A stretch of DNA of 23,926 bases from Alkalinema sp. RU_4_3 (GCA_012031975.1 JAAUSA010000059.1:1-23926), one strand, 5' to 3'; numbered from the stretch's first letter, positions 1 through 9,098 are shown. Numbers and translations are program-made. The notes: generated by a model from the letters alone, not told the origin.

Positions 1-2225
1 TAACGATACCATCTGGGGTGATTTCGATGGCTTGGGCTTCGAGGAGGGGTGGGGCGGGTGGGGTTTGGGCGGTGGGTTTTTGGGTGGGGCGATGACCTCC
101 GATCGGTCGTTGCTTGCTGCCCAAAGGGCTTAGACCATCGTTTTGGGATGTGGTGACAAGTTCGACTTGGATGGCGTCTTGGTGGAGGGCTTCGCTGGGT
201 ATGGGGGGGAAGCCGCCTCGGCCTGTGATCACGAATCGGCTGGCGCTTTTGCGGATGGCGGAGCAGTCGGGGAGGAATAGGCGGGTGGCGTCGGTGGGGA
301 TTGGGGGAGGGGATGAGGAGGCCTCGGCTGGGATCGATATTCGGGGTGTCTATGGTGGTGCTGCCTGCGGATCCGAAGGTGGAGCTGACGGTGATGTCGC
401 TGAGGGGGGTGAGTTGGGGGCGATATTGGATCCCGAGGAGGTTTTGGGCCATGATTCTGATGTTGCCGCCTCGGCCTGTGAAGGCGTTGGCGCTGATGTT
501 GCTGTTTTCTTTGGGGATGGCGAGGATGAAGTTGCCTTTGAAGGTGATGTTGCCGCCGTCGCCTCCGGCTTGGGCAGTTCCGGCTGTGGTGGAGATGGTG
601 CTGCCTTGGCGGAGGAGGAGGAAGTCCTGGACTTGCAGCGCAATATTGCCACCTTGACTGGATTTCGTTGTGGCTGAGATGTTTGATCGGTTGGTTAGGG
701 TGATCGAGCGCGCCTGTACGGTAATAGTACCTGCATTACCTGACCCTTCACTGGCTGCACCGATCTCACTCTTATCTTGAACCAGCAGCCTACCTGTATT
801 GATCGAGATATTCCCTGCATTGCCAGGGCCTTGCGTGGCAGTAAAAATGAATCCCCCCCTCAAATCTACAATATCAGATGCATTAACCGTGAGATTGCCA
901 CCTTCTCCTGATACGGGCAAGCTCCGTCCCTGACCAGAAACAGACAGCGCCTCAGCGGATAGAGCACCACCATCCCGAATAATGAGTTTTTTTGTATTAA
1001 TAGTCAGATTGCCCGCCTGTCCAGTGCTTCCCGTAAAACTAGATAAGTTGCTAGAGGTTTCCGAGATTGGATCTCGCCCTCCGATTTCAACAGACTCAGA
1101 TGCACTTACGCTCAATTGCCCACCTGTATTGCTTCCTAAGGTTCCAGCAAAGATTTGTGCGCCATCTCGAACAATTAATTTCTGGGTCTCGATAATTAGA
1201 TCACCTGCCTTGCCATCCCCAAAACTCAAGGTCGATAAATTCCCAAAGGCTACGGTTCTAAGCACTTCCAAGGACTCAGAAGCATTCACGATTAAGTTAC
1301 CTCCGGCTTTGTCGCCCTGACTAAACGCCGTAATTTGAGCCCCGCCATTGACAAAAATGGATCTGCCCCAAATTTGGATTGGACCACTTCCCTCTCCGCT
1401 GGTGTTGACTGTCGCCCCATTCGTGAGGGTAACATTGGCTCGATCGATTGCATCAGGAAAACTCAAGTGCAAATTATTGCTCACTAAGCTCAACCCCACG
1501 GTCCCTGCTCCAGAGACTGCACCCAATTCCACCCGTCCCTCTGTCGCATTCACGCCACCACCGTCTAGAGTCACAGATCCCCCTAGTAATAGTAAACTTT
1601 GCCCGTCAGGGACTTGCAGCCCCTGTCCACCCGATGCTAGCGGGGTGCGTGAACGATTGACAATAGCTGCAATCCCCATTTGCTTGAATAGGAAAGCGGA
1701 GGGGTTTACTGTGAGCAGTGCTGGGGGTTCTGGTGTGGACGTACTAAAGAGCCCCTGCGTTCCAAATTGAATTGCAGGGGCTGTGGTCGCAATAAATGAA
1801 CCGTTCACATCTAGCCTTGCATTGGCTCCGAAGAGGATTCCATTGGGATTGAGTAGGAATAGATTGGCATTGCCGCCTGTTACCCCTAAGGTTCCTTCAA
1901 TATTAGAAGGATTGACGCCCGTGACTCGACTGATAATATTGCTAATACCGATCGGGTTTTGAAAGTAGAGACTTTCTCCTGGAGCGATACTGAGGTCGAG
2001 AAAGCTATGAAACAAATTGCTCCCACGAATCGCCCCACCTTCGATCTCAGATCGTCGCGCTCCGTTACTGGTGGCTGAAGTCACAACCGACGGTTCAGCA
2101 CCTAAGGTGCTGTCAGGCTTTACCTGAGCTAGGGCAGGGTGTTCAGCAATAGAAGAGGGACTTGCGATGGCTAAGAGAACTAAGCCGCTTCTCCCCCAGT
2201 CCTTGCTGATCTTTCTTGGGGACAT
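1..2225 (-). CDS. Two-partner-secretion (TpsA) / filamentous hemagglutinin-family exoprotein, 3-prime partial (runs off the window start). It has a signal peptide, an N-terminal TPS haemagglutination-activity domain, then beta-helical repeats. There is an apparent frameshift near 320-345.
   Basis: Hand translation of the minus strand from the ATG at 2225-2223 gives MSPRKISKDWGRSGLVLLAIASPSS...GGAIRGSNLFHSFLDLSIAPGESLYFQNPIGISNIISRVTG...NPSNIEGTL, the classic TPS/FHA N-terminal domain. Downstream repeats such as GNLTINTKKLIIRDGGA, GNAGTITVQARSITLTNRSNISATT and GGNITFKGNFILAIPKENSNISANAF are typical FHA beta-helix units. The C-terminal motif IDTPNIDPSRGL is in one frame, and ...DATRLFLPDCSAIRKSASRFVITGRGGFPPIPSEALHQDAIQVELV continues in the adjacent frame. 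The plus-strand ORFs 114..677, 982..1320 and 1348..1770 are antisense artefacts of this gene. Confidence 0.8.
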   Translation of the reverse strand, partial: MSPRKISKDWGRSGLVLLAIASPSSIAEHPALAQVKPDSTLGAEPSVVTSATSNGARRSEIEGGAIRGSNLFHSFLDLSIAPGESLYFQNPIGISNIISRVTGVNPSNIEGTLGVTGGNANLFLLNPNGILFGANARLDVNGSFIATTAPAIQFGTQGLFSTSTPEPPALLTVNPSAFLFKQMGIAAIVNRSRTPLASGGQGLQVPDGQSLLLLGGSVTLDGGGVNATEGRVELGAVSGAGTVGLSLVSNNLHLSFPDAIDRANVTLTNGATVNTSGEGSGPIQIWGRSIFVNGGAQITAFSQGDKAGGNLIVNASESLEVLRTVAFGNLSTLSFGDGKAGDLIIETQKLIVRDGAQIFAGTLGSNTGGQLSVSASESVEIGGRDPISETSSNLSSFTGSTGQAGNLTINTKKLIIRDGGALSAEALSVSGQGRSLPVSGEGGNLTVNASDIVDLRGGFIFTATQGPGNAGNISINTGRLLVQDKSEIGAASEGSGNAGTITVQARSITLTNRSNISATTKSSQGGNIALQVQDFLLLRQGSTISTTAGTAQAGGDGGNITFKGNFILAIPKENSNISANAFTGRGGNIRIMAQNLLGIQYRPQLTPLSDITVSSTFGSAGSTTIDTPNIDPSRGLLIPSPNPHRRHPPIPPRLLRHPQKRQPIRDHRPRRLPPHTQRSPPPRRHPSRTCHHIPKRWSKPFGQQATTDRRSSPHPKTHRPNPTRPTPPRSPSHRNHPRWYR

Positions 2226-2252
2226 GAACCTATAAAATCGTACGGACGATCA

Positions 2253-2675
2253 TCAGCATACCAGAACACCATTGACAAACTCACAGGATATCTGGCTCTT
2301 TTCACTGGCCGGATCGAGCTTGAGTTGAATATCAAAGCTCTCCTTTGCTTGCTGGAGACCTGAACTTAACTGTGAGGAGATACTGTGTAATTGCGCCGCC
2401 ACATCACGACATAATTGTGCTGCGCTCTCTGCATCCAAACCTAGGGTATCTTTGCTTGTTGCAGCCTGACAGTTGCTACAGGGACATTTCAGCATACCGT
2501 TGATCAAGCAACAACCCCGCGCCGCTATGGCTGTATTAAACATATCCGACCCCAAAGAAACTTCTAAGGTCTCTGATATACCGTTTTTCCGGAGCAATTG
2601 AGCCAACTCAGGTAGAATTTTAGAGAACGCAGCTTCAAACTCACTGCTTAACTGGTTCGCCAGGGCACTATCCAT
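2253..2675 (-). CDS. Hypothetical Cys-rich 140-aa protein (contains CC..LKCPCSNC), encoded immediately upstream of and co-directional with the TpsA-like gene
   Basis: Complete ORF in the six-frame track. Its stop at 2253 lies 28 bp before the exoprotein start, so the two are probably co-transcribed. I recognise no family for it. Confidence 0.45.
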   Translation of the reverse strand: MDSALANQLSSEFEAAFSKILPELAQLLRKNGISETLEVSLGSDMFNTAIAARGCCLINGMLKCPCSNCQAATSKDTLGLDAESAAQLCRDVAAQLHSISSQLSSGLQQAKESFDIQLKLDPASEKSQISCEFVNGVLVC

Positions 2676-2708
2676 ATTTTCCTCGCAGGGTAAATTATAA
2701 TTGAATTA

Positions 2709-2800
2709 CGAGATGCACACCGATTATCAGACATTGCATTATCAGACATTACGATTGTCAGACGTTGCGATTATCAGACATTGCATTATCAGACATTGCA
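2709..2800. repeat. Five tandem, slightly degenerate copies of a roughly 16-bp unit (CGATTATCAGACATTG / CATTATCAGACATTG / CGATTGTCAGACGTTG ...) in the upstream region of the 2253..2675 gene
   Basis: Read directly: cgattatcagacattg cattatcagacatta cgattgtcagacgttg cgattatcagacattg cattatcagacattg. Confidence 0.85.
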
Positions 2801-3480
2801 TAGGTGTATTGGATTAACCTAACACTTATATTTCAGATGATAGATGATCTCGATCGAGAGTTCCCAAAAATCATAAATTATTTTGATTTTCTTCCGATTA
2901 CGCCCCAACTTGCATAACTTGCCCGAGTATGAGTTTGTGTTAGGCTGACTCCAGAAACACATCTGGACTTGCATAGGAGGTTGGGTCGCCATGGCACTTT
3001 CTCAGGGATTGATCCCCGATCGCTTGCGCACCCTACATTGGGTTGTGGTCTGGTGCAGCCCTATGCGAGACCTGCAATTTATGTTGCGTTTGCTGGAATA
3101 TTGGCCCATTCGCTGGCAGTGGTAGGCGAGTGGATCCTATATGCCAAACAGCCGTCCCCCCAAGTCCCCCTCACAAAAGTGTGATCTGAAAGTGTGATCT
3201 GTAAGACAGTGCTCGTGGGGTGGTGGAGCGTGGGTTTTCAATAGATCTGACCAATTAATCTACGCGCATTGGGGGCGATCGTACCCTTCAGGAAATTTGA
3301 TGTGGTGCGAGTTGAGGGGCTAGAAATGTAGCAGCTTGTAGAAGAGCGCGCTTAGGAGGACAGTTATATTACTCCCAAACCGAGAAGAGATCAGTCTCCC
3401 GCATCAGCTTTTCCTGGAGTTCTCGCAGTTGAGTCAGGTCCATAGAAAGCGACAAAATGAAGGGGACAACTATCTTAACC

Positions 3481-3915
3481 CTGTCAACTTTATTAGGCAT
3501 CCGTGTCTTCAATGATACCAATTAAAATGGTTAACAGTAATTCCAAATTAGACGGAATAGCGTAGGTATTGGTATCTTTATAGAGCTTTCGATCGGTGCG
3601 ATCGAAATACCCAAATTTCCAAATATCACCCGTGGTAACCGCACCATAGATTCTTGAAGCAGATGAGTTAGTCCATTGGTCCAGGGCAATTAACTCAGTG
3701 CCAAGCTGGACAAACCCGCGCGAAATATCGGCTTACTTAGCTTCAATCACCAGTAGCTGGTATTCACTGGGAATAAAATAATCTAAATTACCCCGCAGCC
3801 AATTACTCACATTGACAGCATATTCGATTTTGATTTTCTGATTAGTTTGACTACAGACTTCAAACAGGATCGGAGCAATCAGCATTTCTCGGCGGGCAAG
3901 AGTAAACGATCTCAA
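3481..3915 (-). pseudogene. N-terminally truncated and frameshifted copy of the HsdR-N-like PD-(D/E)xK gene family; it is a paralogue of the intact gene at 18732..19337
   Basis: ORF 3733..3915 (MRSF..ARREMLIAPILFEVCSQ...YQLLVIEAK) aligns to ARSELIISPVLVEVRRQ...VVLIEAK of the 18732 gene. Reading on past the stop at 3733 in another frame gives ADISRGFVQLGTELIALDQW...RIYGAVTTGDIWKFGYFDRTDRKLYKDTNTYAIPSNLELLLTIL, which matches the C-terminal half of the intact gene (VIYGCVSSGILWRFLKLEGTVVTIDLTDYAITPVDRILGYL). About 65 N-terminal residues are missing and there is a frame break at roughly 3733. Confidence 0.55.
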
Positions 3916-3957
3916 GATTTGCTGCCTACTAAACCTCCTTCTCCTGAGCGATCGGTT

Positions 3958-5262
3958 TTACCGTTTCATAGGGATCCGCCACCGTCTGCCCCACCCCCAG
4001 ATCGCCGCCAACACTAGCCACCCCATCACATTCACCCGCGCATCAAACAGCGTCACATCAAACAAACTAAACACCGTACAGGCCATAAACGTCAGCACAT
4101 AGATAAACATCGTGAACCGATCGCGCCCCTCAGCCTTACGGAGCCAAACCACCCCCCGATAGACAATCCAGCCAATCAAACTATAGAAAATCAAGGTCGC
4201 TGGTACCCCCATCTCCGCCGACAGCATCAACGGCAAATTATGGGGATGACCAATATAAAACTGCGTCGCATCCTTGTACAACGGCGTAAAATTGCGCAAC
4301 CCCCAACCCGTCAAAGGCCGCTGGCAGACCAGATCCCAGGCAAACTTCCACTGGTTCACTCGCAGCGATGCCGGAGGACGATTGAGAAATAAATCATCAT
4401 TAATTCTGGCCCAAATCATGCGCGGCACGATCGTCCTCAACCCCTCCTGCACAGGCGACGCAGGCCCATAGGCAGAACCCACCACCGCCGCCACCACCAC
4501 TAGCGTAATCCAGGCAATAAACCGCCAGCCAATATAAACCGAATAGGCCACGACCACCGCCAAAGCAATCCCCCAGGCATTCCGGGAGTTGGTTAAAAAC
4601 AAGGCTACGGCATTGAGTAGAACGATCGCCCCTAATCCCACCTTGCGAATCCAACGGTGCTTCTCCCGCCAGGCATCAATCCATAACCCCAACCCGATCG
4701 TAAACGTCATCGTCAAATAGCTCGCCAAAATCGTCGCATAGTAAAAGAGCGACGACATCCGGCCCGCAGGTCTCCCAAACCGCACCAGCGCCCAATCCAG
4801 CAGAATCCCATCGGAATCCCCAAAATTCAGCACCTGCCAATGGAACCGCCAGCGCAAAAACAACTGCCCCAGCCCCATAATCGCCACAGGCACCATCGGC
4901 AACAGCAGCAGCCAAGCCAGCCGTCGCATCTGCTGCTGCGTCCGAATCAACCGCGCCTGCGCCACAAACACCACAAAAAACGGCAGAAAATTAAACAGCC
5001 CCGGCAACGAATAATCCCGCCGCTGGGCAAACAGCGCAATAATCACCATCCAGCTCCCCAGCAGCAGCAACCCCTGATTCACAAAGGTCTGCACCATCAC
5101 ATTCGCCCGCCGCCGCCAGACCATCAGCGAGCAGACCAAGATCGTCACCCCCCCCAGCAGAATATTCAACGGCATCCCCAGCACCGCCACCTGCATCACA
5201 TTCCACAGACGGCGGAGCGCAGGATCGGGATGGGATTGCAGCCGTAGCCAAGAAGATTGCAT
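3958..5262 (-). CDS. O-antigen ligase / O-antigen polymerase family (Wzy_C-type) polytopic membrane protein
   Basis: 434-aa ORF with many predicted TM helices. It carries FLTNSRNAWGIALAV and HPHNLPLMLSAEMG, which resemble the Wzy_C SR..W and HxHN motifs. Confidence 0.65.
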   Translation of the reverse strand: MQSSWLRLQSHPDPALRRLWNVMQVAVLGMPLNILLGGVTILVCSLMVWRRRANVMVQTFVNQGLLLLGSWMVIIALFAQRRDYSLPGLFNFLPFFVVFVAQARLIRTQQQMRRLAWLLLLPMVPVAIMGLGQLFLRWRFHWQVLNFGDSDGILLDWALVRFGRPAGRMSSLFYYATILASYLTMTFTIGLGLWIDAWREKHRWIRKVGLGAIVLLNAVALFLTNSRNAWGIALAVVVAYSVYIGWRFIAWITLVVVAAVVGSAYGPASPVQEGLRTIVPRMIWARINDDLFLNRPPASLRVNQWKFAWDLVCQRPLTGWGLRNFTPLYKDATQFYIGHPHNLPLMLSAEMGVPATLIFYSLIGWIVYRGVVWLRKAEGRDRFTMFIYVLTFMACTVFSLFDVTLFDARVNVMGWLVLAAIWGWGRRWRIPMKR

Positions 5263-5351
5263 GGGATCAAGGGATCTAAGGACTCCAGAGCTGCCATTCT
5301 ACGCCTAAACCACCTCACTTGCTTCCACCATCACCATCTTCCACTGCCGCG

Positions 5352-6164
5352 TCAGCCGAATCTGGGCCAGCACAAACACCACGGGCACCACCCTTGCATA
5401 GTTACTATCAATACTCCGCCAGCCCAGATCCGCAAAAACCAAGCCCACATCGCCGGACCCACCCAAGCGAGCACCGATCGCGTCGCCCCATACCGCGCCG
5501 CCGTCGCCGCCATCCCATGCTGGGCCATCTTCAGCGACACCTGCGATCGCAAATGCGTCCCCAGGGCCAACCCTCCCTGGGCCAAGGTCTGCTTCGCCAC
5601 CTCATGGCGCGCATAGTGCAGGGCAAACTGCCGAGCAATCAACTGCAAAATCAGGGGCCTAACCACAGCATTGACGGCGATCGCACTGCCCCCCTTGAGG
5701 AGCAAACCCATCGGATCCCGCTGCAAGGCCACGGGGAGTTTACGCGTCAAGTCATGGTGGGAGATGCTGCGCTGGACGCGATCGCTCAGGGACTGCTGTT
5801 CCTTGGGAGGAAGTTTCTTCCAGGCGCGCTGGAGCAGATGGAGGAAAATCTCAGACTCGATCTCTTCAGTGCCCATGGCCACTTCGTAGGGGACGCGCAG
5901 GTGGCGGCAGATGCGGAGCAAAATATCGCGGTAGGGCATAGTTTCGCCCCGGCCTTGGAGAACGGTCATCCCATCGGCGGCCAGATAGCGGAAGCGATCT
6001 TCTAGGGCATCGAGCCGATCGTAGTACTTCAGACTTTGGACATCGAGCGGGTCCAACCCATTGAGATAATCCAAGGGATTGAACTTCGGGCGGAACAGAA
6101 TCTCCGTCAGCTCCTGCAATTCCTCATCCGTGGCCAGCTCTAAAGCATCCCGCAGCTCATCCAC
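5352..6164 (-). CDS. Conserved hypothetical protein, YaaW-like (ATDEEL...YRDILL..CRHL pattern) with a hydrophobic C-terminus
   Basis: 270-aa ORF. The N-terminal MDELRDALELATDEELQELTEILF...YRDILLRICRHLRVPY resembles the YaaW/DUF3944 family from memory. This has not been verified. Confidence 0.4.
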   Translation of the reverse strand: MDELRDALELATDEELQELTEILFRPKFNPLDYLNGLDPLDVQSLKYYDRLDALEDRFRYLAADGMTVLQGRGETMPYRDILLRICRHLRVPYEVAMGTEEIESEIFLHLLQRAWKKLPPKEQQSLSDRVQRSISHHDLTRKLPVALQRDPMGLLLKGGSAIAVNAVVRPLILQLIARQFALHYARHEVAKQTLAQGGLALGTHLRSQVSLKMAQHGMAATAARYGATRSVLAWVGPAMWAWFLRIWAGGVLIVTMQGWCPWCLCWPRFG

Positions 6165-6229
6165 AATCCCATTGCCTCACAAATCATGCGCAAATCCGAT
6201 CGTATTCTAGCGAACCTGGGTTCTTCTCG

Positions 6230-7234
6230 ATGGGTGCGAAAACCGATCGCCCCCCATATCGGATAATCAAACCACCACTACCGACCTGTACCATGCTAGA
6301 TGTTGCCATTGTCGGAGCCGGAATCGCTGGCCTGACCGCCGCTCGATCGCTCACCGACCAAGGCCAGCAGGTTGCCCTGATTGAAAAATCACGGGGGCTG
6401 GGCGGTCGTTTGGCTACCCGCAGACTGCCGGGCACCCATGCCGATCACGGTGTTTGCTATTTAAAACCGAAAGGTAAAGTTTTCCAACGATTGATTGAGG
6501 AAGCGATCGCCGCTGGCGTTTTGATCCCCTGGCAACCGAACACCTACGCCTCTCCCCTCGGTATCACGGCCTTTGCCAAATGGTTGGCCCAGGGTTTGAC
6601 CCTCCACACAGGCGAACGGGCGATTGCGCTTTCCCACAATACCCACTGGAGCATCACCACCGACAGCGGCCTCGAAATCTCTGCGAAAAAACTCCTCCTG
6701 GCAATTCCGGCTCCCCAGGCGATCGATCTGCTCAAAACCTGGCCCGATACGTCCACCGAAGTTTTAACCCAACTCCAAAGCGTTACATTTAATCCTTGCA
6801 TCACAGCGATCGCCACCTATGCCCCGCAAGATCCCATTCCTTGGCAGGGCTTACCCATAATCAACGATCCCAATCTCACCTGGATCGCCCTAGAAAGTAG
6901 TAAGCAGATTTCGCCGTCCCACCCAGTTTTGGTGTTTCACAGCACTGCCGCCTTTGCGAAACAGCAGTTTGAAGCTGACGATCTCACGCCCGTCGGACAG
7001 ATGCTCCTCGCCAGCGCTGCCCAAGTGACCAACCTCCCCTGGCTGAGCGATCCCACTCTCCTGCAAATCCACCGCTGGCGCTACGCCTTCCCCACCGCGC
7101 CGCTCAATACCCCATACCTCCAAGCAGGTTCAAACCTCTACCTTTGCGGAGACTGGTGTCTGGGCGATCGCGTGGAAGCGGCCCACCGGTCGGGACTGGC
7201 TGTGGCTGTGGCGATAGACCAATCATCAGTCTAG
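6230..7234 (+). CDS. NAD(P)/FAD-dependent oxidoreductase (renalase/amine-oxidase-like). The true start is probably the ATG at about 6292 (MLDVAIVGAGIAGL).
   Basis: Rossmann dinucleotide-binding motif VAIVGAGIAGLTAARSL...IEKSRGLGGR at the N-terminus; 334-aa ORF. Confidence 0.65.
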   Translation: MGAKTDRPPYRIIKPPLPTCTMLDVAIVGAGIAGLTAARSLTDQGQQVALIEKSRGLGGRLATRRLPGTHADHGVCYLKPKGKVFQRLIEEAIAAGVLIPWQPNTYASPLGITAFAKWLAQGLTLHTGERAIALSHNTHWSITTDSGLEISAKKLLLAIPAPQAIDLLKTWPDTSTEVLTQLQSVTFNPCITAIATYAPQDPIPWQGLPIINDPNLTWIALESSKQISPSHPVLVFHSTAAFAKQQFEADDLTPVGQMLLASAAQVTNLPWLSDPTLLQIHRWRYAFPTAPLNTPYLQAGSNLYLCGDWCLGDRVEAAHRSGLAVAVAIDQSSV

Positions 7235-7605
7235 GTCAACAGTCCGATCTGAACTTGGCCATCAGTAATCCGACTTGGATAGGTCGCGATCGCCACCCCA
7301 GCATCATCTAGACATTCTCCAGTCTGAAGATTAAAGTTCTGCTTATAAATCGGCGAGGCCACCTTGGGGATGCCGTTGCGATCGCCCACAATGCCCCGTG
7401 ACAGAACGTAGGCTTTACTAAAGGGATCGTAATTGTCGATCGCATACAATTCGGAAACCCCTTCTAAACCACCAGCTTGCCAGTGGAAGACAGCCACCTG
7501 CTGCCCCGAAACCATGGCACAGACGCCTGTATTCGGGGGAATGCGATCGAGGCGACAGACGGTCACCCATTCAGTGATGTTTTGTTGGGTCGTGGTTGGA
7601 AGCAT
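7231..7605 (-). CDS. nirD: Nitrite reductase [NAD(P)H] small subunit NirD (Rieske-like)
   Basis: 124 aa. VCRLDRIPPNTGVCAMVSGQQVAVFH and the C-terminal ...TYPSRITDGQVQIG are typical of NirD. It lies directly downstream of the nirB pieces. Confidence 0.85.
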   Translation of the reverse strand: MLPTTTQQNITEWVTVCRLDRIPPNTGVCAMVSGQQVAVFHWQAGGLEGVSELYAIDNYDPFSKAYVLSRGIVGDRNGIPKVASPIYKQNFNLQTGECLDDAGVAIATYPSRITDGQVQIGLLT

Positions 7606-7640
7606 GGTTTGGGCTCGGGTAGGTTGGATGATTGCAGAAA

Positions 7641-9098
7641 TTAGAGATTGCGGATGCCGACAAGGACTTCGCGTTCATGGTCGTAGGGCGGACGGGCTTG
7701 GCCCCGCTCCTCGACGCGCATCAGGCTCGGATCGGGCTCCTCCGAATTGACGAAATGGCTGAATCGTTGGAGTTTTTTCGGGTCCTGCAAGGTGGCTTTC
7801 CACTCGCATTCGTAGGTGGCTACCTGATGATTCATTTCGGCTTCTAATTGGGCGGCGATCCCAAGGGAGTCGTTAATTACCACCTGCTTGAGATAGTCCA
7901 TGCCCCCTTCTAATTTGTTCAGCCAGGTTGCCGTGCGTTCCAAACGGTTTGCGGTACGGATGTAGAACATCAGAAAGCGATCGATATATTTAATCAGCAT
8001 TTCCTCATCCAAATCCGCAGCCAAGAGCTGGGCATGCTGGGGTCGCATACCGCCATTGCCGCAGACGTAAAGGTTCCAGCCGTTTTCCGTGGCGATAATC
8101 CCAAAGTCCTTACTCTGGGCCTCAGCACATTCGCGCGTACAGCCCGACACCGCCGACTTCAACTTGTGAGGTGCTCGCAAACCGCGATAGCGCTGTTCCA
8201 CCCGAATTGCCAAACCCGTTGAATCCTGAACACCAAACCGACACCAAGTGCTGCCAACACAGGATTTCACCGTCCTTAGTGCTTTACCGTAGGCATGGCC
8301 CGATTCAAAACCAGACTCCACTAAACGCTGCCAGATTAAAGGCAACTGGTCTACCCTTGCGCCTAACAAATCGATCCGCTGGGCTCCGGTGATTTTGGTA
8401 TAGAGCCCGAAATCACGGGCTACCTCACCCAGTACAATCAATGCCTCCGGCGTAATCTCGCCCCCTGGAATACGGGGAATCACCGAATAGGTGCCATCCT
8501 TCTGGATATTGGCGAGGAAAGCATCGTTTGTATCCTGGAGGCTAGCGTGATTGAGAATGTAATCATTCCAGACCGAAGAGAGAATCGAGGCCACAGCGGG
8601 TTTACAGATTTCGCAGCCCTGGCCTTGACCATGACGCGAGAGCAGTTCCTCAAAGCTCTGAAGATTCTCCACCCGCACCAGTTGGTAGAGTTCCTGGCGG
8701 CTGAAGGCGAAGTGCTCACAGAGATTGTTTTTAACTTCTAGGCCCGCCTTCTTCATTTCCGCCTTGAGCAAATCCGTCACCAGCGGTACACAGCCACCGC
8801 AGCCTGTTCCGGCGTTTGTGCATTGCTTGACGCTACCGATATCGGTCAGATTGTCGGCTTGAATCCGGCTGCAAATTTCGCCTTTGGTGACATTGTTACA
8901 AGTACAAATCTGGGCGGTGTCCGGCAGACTGTCCACACCCATGGATAAGCCGCCGCCCTGGCGATCGGGCAAAATCAAGTCCTCAGGATTCGGGGGCAAC
9001 ACGATCGCATTCTGCATCAACTGCACCAAGTTACCGTAGCTGGAGGCATCGCCCACCAGAATGCCGCCGAGCAGTTGTTTCCCCGAGGCATCAATCAC
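7641..9098 (-). CDS. nirB: Nitrite reductase [NAD(P)H] large subunit NirB, C-terminal about 485 aa (BFD-like 2Fe-2S and sirohaem/4Fe-4S nitrite/sulfite reductase domains). It is separated from the N-terminal part by a frame break.
   Basis: LLGGILVGDASSYGNLVQL...PDTAQICTCNNVTKGEI...GTGCGGCVPLV...CVGSTWCRFG...SGCTRECAEAQ...VCGNGGMRP matches E. coli NirB residues about 360-847 nearly colinearly. Confidence 0.9.
   Translation of the reverse strand: MIDASGKQLLGGILVGDASSYGNLVQLMQNAIVLPPNPEDLILPDRQGGGLSMGVDSLPDTAQICTCNNVTKGEICSRIQADNLTDIGSVKQCTNAGTGCGGCVPLVTDLLKAEMKKAGLEVKNNLCEHFAFSRQELYQLVRVENLQSFEELLSRHGQGQGCEICKPAVASILSSVWNDYILNHASLQDTNDAFLANIQKDGTYSVIPRIPGGEITPEALIVLGEVARDFGLYTKITGAQRIDLLGARVDQLPLIWQRLVESGFESGHAYGKALRTVKSCVGSTWCRFGVQDSTGLAIRVEQRYRGLRAPHKLKSAVSGCTRECAEAQSKDFGIIATENGWNLYVCGNGGMRPQHAQLLAADLDEEMLIKYIDRFLMFYIRTANRLERTATWLNKLEGGMDYLKQVVINDSLGIAAQLEAEMNHQVATYECEWKATLQDPKKLQRFSHFVNSEEPDPSLMRVEERGQARPPYDHEREVLVGIRNL

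Noticed and set aside
114-1770. Plus-strand ORFs 114..677, 301..657, 982..1320, 1348..1770 and minus ORF 350..652 (Gly/Ala/Pro/Ser-rich)
   Set aside because: All lie antisense or out of frame relative to the long FHA-like minus-strand reading frame, which gives coherent TPS/FHA repeats. Their low-complexity composition is typical of shadow ORFs.
2709-2800. Possibility that the 16-bp tandem array, or the 12/14-bp arrays at 18536-18675, are a CRISPR array
   Set aside because: Units are contiguous with no unique spacers and far shorter than CRISPR repeats. No cas genes are present.
2969-3184. Plus ORF 2969..3184 (71 aa)
   Set aside because: No RBS; its start overlaps the AGGAGG that better serves the 2991 small ORF. 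The translation is unremarkable.
3381-3455. 24-codon minus-strand ORF MDLTQLRELQEKLMRETDLFSVWE downstream of the decayed nuclease gene
   Set aside because: No ribosome-binding site and no similarity to a known N-terminus. Probably chance.
4274-5262. ORFs 4274..4471, 4400..4654, 4676..4915, 4840..5247 (His/Gln/Pro-rich) and 4991..5251
   Set aside because: Overlapping or antisense frames inside the O-antigen-ligase-like gene; low-complexity translations.
5319-6005. Plus-strand ORFs 5257..5616, 5319..6005 and 5671..5889
   Set aside because: Antisense to the better-supported 5352..6164 gene; Arg/Pro/His-rich shadow frames.
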